This document shows positions 1 to 7,534 of a DNA stretch of 64,000 nt, one piece after another. This DNA comes from Planctomycetota bacterium (GTDB lineage Bacteria > Planctomycetota > UBA1135 > UBA2386), in contig OZ245006.1 of the NCBI GenBank assembly GCA_965223545.1, positions 1,760,001 to 1,824,000 on the forward strand, written 5' to 3'. The notes below the pieces were generated by a model. That model saw only the letters and a list, made by a program, of their open reading frames with translations, made no database searches and was not told the DNA's origin. The translations under genes and the position numbers were made by a program. How positions within the stretch are numbered: the stretch's first letter is position 1; every line of letters starts with the position of its first letter.

Positions 1-805
1 CGTCGGTGCGCGTATCCACGGCGGCGGAACCCGCCTGCTCCGGGCTGGTGTAGTAGGGCGTGCCGACGAAGGCGCCGTCGATCGTCAGACTGGCACGCCC
101 GCCATCGTCGTACAGGGCCTTGGCCAAGCCGAAGTCGATGATGACCGGCTGCGGCGGGTCACGGTCGTCGACGACGAGGATGTTCGTCGGTTTGAGGTCG
201 CGGTGCACGACACCTCTCTGGTGTGCGTGCGCCACGCCCGCGCACACGTCACAGAACAGCCGCAGCCGCTCGGAGACGCCGAGCCGGTGCTCGTCGCAGT
301 AACTCGTCAAGGGCGAGCCGCGAACTAACTCCATGACGAGGTAGGGGCGCCCGTCACCGGTCGTGCCGGCGTCGAGCATCGATGCAATCGAAGGATGCTG
401 CATGCGGGCCAAGGCCTGCTGCTCCATCGCGAAGCGCGCCACCGAACGCGGATCGCTGCACCGAACCTGGAGGACCTTGATCGCCACCTCCCGCTCCACC
501 GGCTGGCTCTGCCGCGCGCGATAGACGGCCCCGAACCCACCCCGGCCGAGCTCGTCCAGCACTGCGTAGGCATCGATGTCTGGCGGCGGACACGGGTCGG
601 CAAACGCCGCCACCAGCTCTTCTCCCTGCGCCAGTCTCGCCGCGAGCGACAGGATCCGCTCCCGGTGATCGGGGTGACGATCCAGAAGCTGCTCGACCGC
701 AACCGTGCGCTGGTCCGCCGGCGATCCGTACCAGGCCTCGTAGCACGCATTCTCGACCGGCTCGGGCAGGCCCTGCGGATGCCCTGGTCCGTCGTGGCTG
801 GACAT
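1..805 (-). CDS. Ser/Thr protein kinase, N-terminal part (runs off window start)
   Basis: Manual translation from ATG at 805: MSSHDG...LGRGGFGAVY...VAIKVL...HRDLKPTNILV...DFGLAK...GTPYYTSPEQ; absent from the ORF track because it has no stop in the window. Confidence 0.92.
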   Translation of the reverse strand, partial: MSSHDGPGHPQGLPEPVENACYEAWYGSPADQRTVAVEQLLDRHPDHRERILSLAARLAQGEELVAAFADPCPPPDIDAYAVLDELGRGGFGAVYRARQSQPVEREVAIKVLQVRCSDPRSVARFAMEQQALARMQHPSIASMLDAGTTGDGRPYLVMELVRGSPLTSYCDEHRLGVSERLRLFCDVCAGVAHAHQRGVVHRDLKPTNILVVDDRDPPQPVIIDFGLAKALYDDGGRASLTIDGAFVGTPYYTSPEQAGSAAVDTRTD

Positions 806-902
806 GCGGCTCCATTATGCCCTGCGTGCGGGGTTGCGGGCACGTTCCGCCGGTTTGAGGCGGCAGTGGCGCAGAGCGCGCTCACGTGCCAATCTTGGAG
901 TC

Positions 903-1622
903 GTGGCCGAGAGGAACCGGCAGGCTCTGGCAGAGCGCGTCGCACGCGCGGCAACGACCGCCCTCGAATCACAGGGCTCCGTCACCGCGATCGACGTGAT
1001 GCTCGGTCTTCGGTGGCTCAGCCCGAGCTGTCTCGTCGAATGGCGCACACGGCGACTGCCAGCCCTGCAGCACGCCATCCAGACCGACCCGAAACGGGTG
1101 CGCTTGGCGCTGCGGTTGTTTCGGGAATGGGCCCAACAAGCCGAGCTCGAGCCCGCGGAGGCCGACTACGTCGCCCGCACGCCAAACCGCGAGCGCTTGC
1201 AGTTCTCGCTGTCGGGCGCCGCCGCGCTGGAGGCTGCATGGCGGACCCAGTGGATTTCGCCCAGGCTCTCGACAGCCCAGCGCGGGCGGGTGCGAGCGAA
1301 TGCACAGAAGCCGCCGGAGTTGGTGGTCGTCATGGCGCTGCACCCCGACTGGGAATGCCATCACTGCGGTGGCAGCGGCGCGCTCCTGGTCATGGAGCCG
1401 CCCGGCCCAGCCTGCCTTCCCTGCGTCGGTCTCGATCACCTCGAGCTGCTGCCAGCTGGCGACGCGCTACTGACGCGCCGCGCCCGTGCCGCTAGCAAAC
1501 AGACCGCCGTCGTGGTGCGCTGGAGCAAGGCGCGCAAGCGCAACGAACGTGTCGGTTGCTTGGTCGAGCACGAGGCCCTCGCATCGGCGCGCGCGCGCAT
1601 CGAGCGCGAGTCGGCCCAGTGA
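903..1622 (+). CDS. Conserved hypothetical protein with CxxC...CxxC motif (resembles N-terminal part of DUF2293 proteins)
   Basis: GTG after GGAG; CHHCGG...CLPC followed by LPAGDALLTRRA...VVRWSKARKRNERVGCLVE. Confidence 0.7.
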   Translation: MAERNRQALAERVARAATTALESQGSVTAIDVMLGLRWLSPSCLVEWRTRRLPALQHAIQTDPKRVRLALRLFREWAQQAELEPAEADYVARTPNRERLQFSLSGAAALEAAWRTQWISPRLSTAQRGRVRANAQKPPELVVVMALHPDWECHHCGGSGALLVMEPPGPACLPCVGLDHLELLPAGDALLTRRARAASKQTAVVVRWSKARKRNERVGCLVEHEALASARARIERESAQ

Positions 1623-1653
1623 CGCGTCGTGATTCGCGGAGGGCCGGCGCCGT

Positions 1654-2226
1654 CTAGAAGACCAGCGAGTCGTCGCGCCGGACTCCATCACACGCGATCT
1701 CGAGAACCGCGAGCGCCTCGGCGATCTCTGCCGGCTCGGGCACCGCGCTTCCGCGCTTGATGTGCACGATGGTCTCCGCTCCGAAGAAGACATCCTGAAC
1801 ACTGGCGAAGCTCTTCATGAAAGCCGCACGGGCCTTCTTGGCGCTGGCCGCTCAAAGGGGCTTCGGCGTGCCGGCGACGAACGCCGCCAAAGGCCGCACG
1901 ATCTCGCGCCGTTCGAAGTGCCCGAACTTCAAGCCCTGCTCCTCCAGCGCGCTCCTCGCATCGTCTTCGGAGAGCGTCGCGCCCTCGTCGAGCACGAGGG
2001 TCGCGCGCACCCCACTCATCATCAACCGGTCGACTCCATCGAGACTTTCCATGGCCGCACGGGCCTTGGCGGTGGCGCCTCAACCGCCGCCGTCCGCCTC
2101 CACGATGTGCACGACGAGCTTTGGTCCGGGGGCCGAACCCTCGCGCACCGACGTCAGGATGGAAGTGTCACCGCACGCCGCGACGCCCAGAGCGGTGGCG
2201 AGCAGGATGGAGCTGTGAGTCTGCAT
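1654..2226 (-). CDS. Putative double-selenocysteine lipoprotein with two HMA-like repeats (190 aa; UGA at codons 49 and 125)
   Basis: ORFs 2080-2322 and 1852-2052 plus the downstream frame to TAG at 1654 are one frame broken only by TGA at 2080-2082 and 1852-1854; lipobox VAAC; both TGAs followed by AAGGCCCGTGCGGC hairpin. Confidence 0.78.
1819..1837 (-). promoter_or_regulatory. SECIS-like hairpin after second UGA
   Basis: mRNA GAAGGCC-CGUGC-GGCUUUC, 7-bp stem with one G-U pair; loop begins after a 21-nt spacer from UGA; G at loop position 2. Confidence 0.7.
2049..2069 (-). promoter_or_regulatory. SECIS-like hairpin after first UGA
   Basis: mRNA CCAAGGCC-CGUGC-GGCCAUGG with one A.A mismatch; same loop; 18-nt spacer from UGA. 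Confidence 0.7.
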
Positions 2227-2234
2227 GTCTCGCC

Positions 2235-2265
2235 AGATGTCGGCGAGCGGGCGGGCGATTGCAGA
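2235..2265 (-). promoter_or_regulatory. Putative ECF promoter for the selenoprotein gene (TCTGCAAT-N16-GACATCT)
   Basis: Minus strand TCTGCAAT cgcccgcccgctcgcc GACATCT, ending 8 nt before the ATG at 2226. Confidence 0.7.
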
Positions 2266-2293
2266 TCTCGAGAAATCCGAGGATCTCCCGGTT

Positions 2294-2324
2294 TCTGCAA
2301 TGTGGGAGCGCGGCCCTGACATCT
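2294..2324 (+). promoter_or_regulatory. Putative autoregulatory ECF promoter (TCTGCAAT-N16-GACATCT)
   Basis: TCTGCAAT gtgggagcgcggccct GACATCT, ending 16 nt before the sigma ATG; boxes and spacer length identical to the divergent copy. Confidence 0.7.
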
Positions 2325-2340
2325 ACGTCTGGCATCGCGG

Positions 2341-2917
2341 ATGTCCGACCACCCCGCGCAGACCCTGGACCTGGACGAGTTTGCCGCACGCTTCCAGCGC
2401 GCGGCACCGGCGCTGTGGTGCGTCGCGGCAGGGGTCCTCGGTTCGCCCGATGCCGCCGAGGACGTCGTGCAGGAAGCGGCGCTGCACGCGATGGCCAAGT
2501 TGCCGACATTCCGCGCGGACAGCGATTTCACCGCTTGGATGGCGCAGTTCGTCCGCTTCACGGCCCTCAACCAAGTGCGTCGCGTGGACCGCGAACCCAA
2601 ATCCCTCGGATCCAACCTGCCGGAGCCGGTCGCACCCAGAGCAACGTCCCCCCTCGTGTCGGAGGTCGGGGACATCCTGCCGGAGCAGACGGACCTCGAC
2701 GATCACGTGCTGCACGGGCTCAACGCCTTGCACGAGACACAACGCACGTGCCTTCTGTTGCGCACCCGTGCTCGATCTCCCCTACCGCGAGATCGGCGAG
2801 ATGCTCGACATGCCCGAAGGCACGGCGATGAGTCACGTGCACCGCGCGCGGCAGCAGCTCGTCGATCAGCTGAGGGGTGCAGCCGCGACGACCACCGAGG
2901 CGAGGAAGGCCCAATGA
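2341..2917 (+). pseudogene. ECF sigma-70 factor with a 1-nt insertion frameshift at 2765-2767 (real lesion or sequencing error)
   Basis: Region 2 (AAEDVVQEA...FTAWM) is in the frame of 2341; region 4 (VLDLPYREIGEMLDMPEGTAMSHVHRAR) is in another frame; removing one C from ACCCGTG restores RTVLDLPY. Confidence 0.88.
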
Positions 2918-3609
2918 ACCAAAGGGATCGGCACGACCTCCAACGCTGGCTCGACGGCACTTTCGAGGCCGAAGAACGCGCCGCCTTCGAGCGACGCATC
3001 GACGAGGACCCCGAACTTCGAGCCGAGCTGCAGGTGCACGAGCAGGTTGGCGAGTCGATCCGGCGCAGCCATTCGGTACCGGAGATCAACGCCCCAGCGC
3101 CGGCAGCGCCGGCAGCGCCACCGCGATGGCCGTTCTTCGTGGCGGGCGCGGCCAGTGCCGCCGCAGTCCTGCTCGTCTGGCTGCAGCCGTGGGCCAACCG
3201 CACCGAGCTGATGCGCATGGCGGTGGGTCGCAGTTGGCTCGCGGTCTGCGAACAACCCGACCCTCGCCCCGCCGAGCCCGCCTGCGCGTCCCCAGGCCAG
3301 GTCCCACAGTACGTCCAACCGCTCGCCCCCGAGCTCCCGTCCCCGCTGGTGTGGCGCGACGCCGAGGGCGTGCGCTTCGAGCGGGGCCTCGAGCCGCGCC
3401 CGCCGAACGGCCTGCGGGTACTCGCGCTTTCGGTGCTTCCGCAGACCGACGTGTTCTTGTTCGTCGTGCCCGCGGCCACCGACCCACGACCGGCGCTTCC
3501 GCCGGACACCGACTGGAACCTGTTCCGCAAGACCTGTGGCGCACTGGTGGTCTACGAGCTCACACCGCTCGAGAAGCCGCACGGCTTGCAGTGTTTGGCC
3601 GCGGGATGA
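2914..3609 (+). CDS. Transmembrane anti-sigma factor
   Basis: ATGA overlap with the sigma stop; LQRWLDGTFEAEERAAFERRIDEDPELRAEL anti-sigma-like N-terminus; one TM helix; extracytoplasmic domain with 4 Cys. Confidence 0.85.
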   Translation: MNQRDRHDLQRWLDGTFEAEERAAFERRIDEDPELRAELQVHEQVGESIRRSHSVPEINAPAPAAPAAPPRWPFFVAGAASAAAVLLVWLQPWANRTELMRMAVGRSWLAVCEQPDPRPAEPACASPGQVPQYVQPLAPELPSPLVWRDAEGVRFERGLEPRPPNGLRVLALSVLPQTDVFLFVVPAATDPRPALPPDTDWNLFRKTCGALVVYELTPLEKPHGLQCLAAG

Positions 3610-3667
3610 CCGCAGTCTCTGCCGACGCGCTACCGCCACTGCGGGCCGCCGATGTTACGCTTTCGTC

Positions 3668-4045
3668 ATGGCAGCGAAGAAGCGCGCGGCAAAGAAGACG
3701 CCGGCCAAGAAGGCCGCGAAGACCAGGACTCCCGACCGCATGACCACGGCCGAGCGCTTCGTCACCGGGCAGCACACGAAAGAGGATCTCGAGCCCGTTG
3801 CCGTGAAGTGCCCCGAGTGCGGACACAGGGGATTTCAGGCTGCCAAGGGTCGATTCGGGCCGGTCTGGCGCTGCCTGAACCGGCCGGCCTGCAAGCACTT
3901 CTTCGACGCGCGCCCGACCGGCAAGAAGTGCGGTTATGTGGTCAGGGGAAAGAAGTGTGGCGCCTTGATGGTCGAGGGAACGAAGACGATTCCCGACCGT
4001 TGCTCGCTGCGGTCGTGCCCCAATCGCAATCCACACCGGCTGTAG
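3668..4045 (+). CDS. Stand-alone topoisomerase-type C4 zinc-ribbon protein with Lys/Ala-rich N-terminus
   Basis: AAKKRAAKKTPAKKAAK; CPECG...GRFGPVWRCLNRPACKH; second KCG...CGALM...CSLRSC. Confidence 0.75.
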   Translation: MAAKKRAAKKTPAKKAAKTRTPDRMTTAERFVTGQHTKEDLEPVAVKCPECGHRGFQAAKGRFGPVWRCLNRPACKHFFDARPTGKKCGYVVRGKKCGALMVEGTKTIPDRCSLRSCPNRNPHRL

Positions 4046-4055
4046 TGGGTCCTCC

Positions 4056-5313
4056 GGCAACAAACTGCAGCCCTTCCGTGGGCCTGGCTAGCTGAGAGAC
4101 GCTGACCGAGACGTAACCGGAGCCCTCTTCCGAGTCACTGGAAGTGACGCAGGGCCAACTGCGCAAACGGTGCCCTTTTGGTCCCCCCCCGCGTTGTGTC
4201 CCGGAGGTCGCCGATGTTCGTTCCCCCGCGTTGCCCCAACTCAGCTTGCCCACACAACCGCAGCCCGCGGCCCGGCTTCTTCGTACGCCGTGGCTACTAC
4301 TACCCCAAGTGCCGCGCCCAAGGCGTGCCGCGCTTCCGCTGCCGCCATTGCCGGCAGGGCTTCTCGCGGCAGACGTTCCGCATGGATTACCGCGACCACA
4401 AGCCCGACCGCAACGCCTGGATCGTCATGTTGCTCTGCTCTGGCCTGGGCCTGCGACAGACCGCACGCCTGGCCGGGCTCACGGCGCGCAACACCGAGAT
4501 GAAGTTCCGCAAGATCGGTCGTCACGTCCGCCGCCTGAACAACAACTTACGGGGCGACCTCCCGGTCGGCTCGAGCTTGCAGTTCGACGAACTCGAGAGC
4601 TACGAGGGCCGCCGCAACACGCGGCCCCTGACGCTGCCTGTCCTGATCGAGCGCGGGAGCCGCTTCATCCTCGCAGCGCGGTCGGCCCCGATCCGCCCCG
4701 GTGGCCCCAAACCGGCTGCGCGCCGGCGAGCTATAGAGGCCGACGCGCGGCGGTTTGGCCGGCGGCCGTCGCGGTCGCGCGCGGCAACGCGCAATGCGCT
4801 GTGCCGGGGCGCGCGCGCTTGCACTCGGTTGACCACCGTGTTGCTCGAAACGGACGAGAAAACGACCTACTCAGGACTCGCGAGGGGCATTTTCGGCGCG
4901 CGGCTCGAGCACCAGCGAACACCAAGCACGCTGCCGCGCGAGACCTGGAATCCGCTGTTCGCGATCAACCATACCGAGGCAATGGCGCGCGACCTCAACG
5001 GTCGTCTGCGGCGCGAGTCCTGGCTGGTCAGCAAGAAGCGCTGTTTCCTCAACCTGCAGCTGCACATCTACACCGCGTACCGCAACTTCACGCGACCGCG
5101 CTTCAACTTCGACCGAGACACGCCGGCGATGCTGGTTGGCTGGCTGCCCCAGAAGTTGCGGCTGAACCAGGTGCTATCCTGGCGCCAGGACTGGGGCACG
5201 CGCAGCGGCCATCCGCTGGATCGAAACGCAAAACCGATCGAGAACTTCCTGAAGAGCTCTGCCTGACTTTCTTGCGGCCGTGCCGGACCACGGAAGGGCT
5301 GCAGTTCACAACC
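4056..5313 (+). mobile_element. IS1/IS1595-like insertion sequence, about 1.26 kb
   Basis: Terminal inverted repeats GG-N5-AACTGCAGCCCTTCCGTGG (19-bp perfect core at 4063-4081 and 5288-5306) enclosing one transposase-like ORF; no target duplication seen. Confidence 0.75.
4214..5266 (+). CDS. IS1-family-like transposase (Zn finger, HTH, catalytic domain)
   Basis: GGAGG RBS; CPNSAC...RFRCRHC; GLGLRQTARLAG HTH; QFDELE, ETDEK, INHTEAMARD...RLRR; TPAMLVG. Confidence 0.8.
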   Translation: MFVPPRCPNSACPHNRSPRPGFFVRRGYYYPKCRAQGVPRFRCRHCRQGFSRQTFRMDYRDHKPDRNAWIVMLLCSGLGLRQTARLAGLTARNTEMKFRKIGRHVRRLNNNLRGDLPVGSSLQFDELESYEGRRNTRPLTLPVLIERGSRFILAARSAPIRPGGPKPAARRRAIEADARRFGRRPSRSRAATRNALCRGARACTRLTTVLLETDEKTTYSGLARGIFGARLEHQRTPSTLPRETWNPLFAINHTEAMARDLNGRLRRESWLVSKKRCFLNLQLHIYTAYRNFTRPRFNFDRDTPAMLVGWLPQKLRLNQVLSWRQDWGTRSGHPLDRNAKPIENFLKSSA

Positions 5314-5588
5314 CGGAGCGGCGAAGGAGGCGAGAGGAAACCGAGCGGGTTTCTGCAGCTCGATCTCGACGAGTTGCACGAGTTCTCGGTCGAACACGAG
5401 TGCTTCAACGACACCGACACGCCATGGACCGACCTCCGGTTCCGACGCGACTCGACGTCCGCCCGCGTCAGGAAGCAGCCGGACCTGACGCGACCACCTA
5501 CGCCGTGCCGCGCCTTCTCGAAGCGCACGGCACGCCGAGCCAACCGATTTCCAGTGACGCCCGCCCGCGTTCGCGGGTGGGGCTAAGC

Positions 5589-6671
5589 ATGATCCACAAG
5601 CTCGCCTCTGTCGTGGCTCTCTGCGGCGGTCTCGCCGCGCAGGGAATCGTCTCTCCCAGCACGTTCGGGCCGGCCGAGGCCACGTCGTGGGCTTCGTTCG
5701 GCATCGGCGGCCAGAGCGCGCCGGCGGCGATGCTCGCCATCCACGGCGAGATGCAGGGTCGCCCGGCGACCATCACCGGGGTTTCGTTCCGGCGCGAGGG
5801 GCAGAACACCAGCAGCTACGGCGCGTTCACCATGGTGGTCAACGTCTGGGTGTCCACCGCGGCGACACCGCCCTCCGCGCCCTCGGCGACGTTCGCACAG
5901 AACCACGGCCCCGACAAGCAGCAGGTCGTGACCTTCGGCCTCGTGCAAGTGCCCGCCATGCCACCGCCAACCGCAATTCCGGCGCCCTTCGACCTGTCGA
6001 TTCCCTTCGACCAACCTCTCGCATGGACCGGCGGCGGGCCGCTGTGTCTGGAGATCCAGCTGGTGTCGAAGAGCACGACCCAGACGGTGCTGTTCGACTG
6101 GGTCAGCGACAACCCGCGCCTGAACCCCCGGCCCACGACGCTGCGCTACGGCAGCGGCTGCATCGCGACCGGCCAGACGGCCGCCGTGCGGCTGGACGGC
6201 GCGGGTACGGGCAGCTGGACGACCGGCGGCGTCAGTCTCACCTACACCGGCAGCCGGTTCCCGGCGAGCGCAATGGTCGGCTTGTTGATCGGTGGCAGCA
6301 ACGCACAGTTCGCGGGCCTCCCACTGCCGCTGGCGCTGCCGGGGACGGCGATCGCTCCGTCCGGCACCTGCTCCCTGCTCACCGACGCCCTGCTCGGGAT
6401 TCCCGCGGTCACCAACGGCTCCGGCCAGCTGAGCTTCAGCCTCGGCCTCGCCGCAACGCCGGCGTTCAACGGCCTATCGTTGTTCACGCAGGCCGTCACG
6501 CTCGACGCGACCGCGAACTCGTGGGGCGTGGTCTCGAGCAACGGCGTGCAGCATCAGGTGCTGGCGCCCTGGTCGAATTCGCTCGGCACGGTCTACGCCA
6601 CCAGCTCGTTCGGCCCGACTGGATCGGTGCGCGCGGACGAGGGGTTCGTCTGCCGTTTCGACGGGCCGTGA
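5589..6671 (+). CDS. Secreted hypothetical protein
   Basis: Signal peptide ending LAAQ; C-terminal YGSGC...QAVTLD...SSNG domain. Confidence 0.8.
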   Translation: MIHKLASVVALCGGLAAQGIVSPSTFGPAEATSWASFGIGGQSAPAAMLAIHGEMQGRPATITGVSFRREGQNTSSYGAFTMVVNVWVSTAATPPSAPSATFAQNHGPDKQQVVTFGLVQVPAMPPPTAIPAPFDLSIPFDQPLAWTGGGPLCLEIQLVSKSTTQTVLFDWVSDNPRLNPRPTTLRYGSGCIATGQTAAVRLDGAGTGSWTTGGVSLTYTGSRFPASAMVGLLIGGSNAQFAGLPLPLALPGTAIAPSGTCSLLTDALLGIPAVTNGSGQLSFSLGLAATPAFNGLSLFTQAVTLDATANSWGVVSSNGVQHQVLAPWSNSLGTVYATSSFGPTGSVRADEGFVCRFDGP

Positions 6672-6721
6672 GGCCGAGAGGGTCCAGGGCGAGTTCGGGG
6701 CCCCGACGCCCGGCGCAGCGC

Positions 6722-7384
6722 TTACAGCCGACTCACCATCTCGCTGATCGTGATCGGCACGAAGGGCGAGACGCAACCCTTCGACACCGGGTAGTCACGG
6801 TAGATCCCGAGCGCCTCGCCGATCGCGATGGCGCGCTCCCGGTGCTCCTCGTGGTAGATGCCGATGTTGGCCAGGCAAGTGTTCATCGTCCATTGGGCCT
6901 GGGGCGCAGCCTTCGGCATCTCCTTCTCGATTCGATCGAGCAGCGCACCGAGATCGAGCCCTTCCGGCTGCTTGGCCACCCGCTCGGAGGTCAGACCCCA
7001 GCCAGCACGCTTGGTCATCGCGTCCTTGGACTTCATCCACGGCTCGCGCACCGACTCCTTGGCCGGGTGCTTCTTGATGACGTAGGAAGCCAACCAATCC
7101 GCGACCCATTCGCAGGTGCCCTCCTTGACCATCCGGGCGAGCTGCTTCGCGTCGAGATCCGCGGGGCGCACGATCAGGATGGCGAGCATCTGCGCGTCGG
7201 CGTTGCCGGTCTCCCACAGCGAGAGGCCGAGGTCGTGGTCGATCTTGATCTCCTTCGCCAGCTTGCGGAGGTCGCCGGTCTTCACGCCGAATTGATTGTC
7301 GCCCGCACCACGCTTGGCGTTGAAAGCGCGCCGTTTCTCGTCACCCAGCTTCTCGAGCCGGGCCATGGCTTGCTTCGTGTCCAT
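6722..7384 (-). CDS. DNA alkylation repair protein (AlkD-like HEAT-repeat family)
   Basis: FGVKTGDLRKLAKEIKIDHDLGLSLWETGNADAQMLAILI; QWTMNTCLANIGI; YPVSKGCVSPF. Confidence 0.88.
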   Translation of the reverse strand: MDTKQAMARLEKLGDEKRRAFNAKRGAGDNQFGVKTGDLRKLAKEIKIDHDLGLSLWETGNADAQMLAILIVRPADLDAKQLARMVKEGTCEWVADWLASYVIKKHPAKESVREPWMKSKDAMTKRAGWGLTSERVAKQPEGLDLGALLDRIEKEMPKAAPQAQWTMNTCLANIGIYHEEHRERAIAIGEALGIYRDYPVSKGCVSPFVPITISEMVSRL

Positions 7385-7534
7385 GGCCCCGATGCTAAGG
7401 AGGATCGCTCCTCGACGGAGGCGGCGAACACGCAACAAGCCGCGGGCAGCCAAAAAACTTCCAACGCAGGTGGGGCAGGAGCGCCGCGAACCGACTCTCG
7501 GCGTTGTCCACGAACTCCAAGAGAGAACCTCTCC

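Noticed and set aside
2341..3609. 422-aa ORF as a genuine single protein
   Set aside because: Product of the frameshift; sigma region 4 lies in another frame and the anti-sigma has its own coupled ATG
5314..5586. Protein-like stretch LQLDLDELHEFSVEHECFND after the IS
   Set aside because: No start, no recognisable family; may be a gene remnant but cannot be supported
5687..7534. N-terminal extension of the 1261-aa ORF
   Set aside because: Overlaps real genes (secreted protein, antisense to the alkylation-repair gene); true start is near 7535
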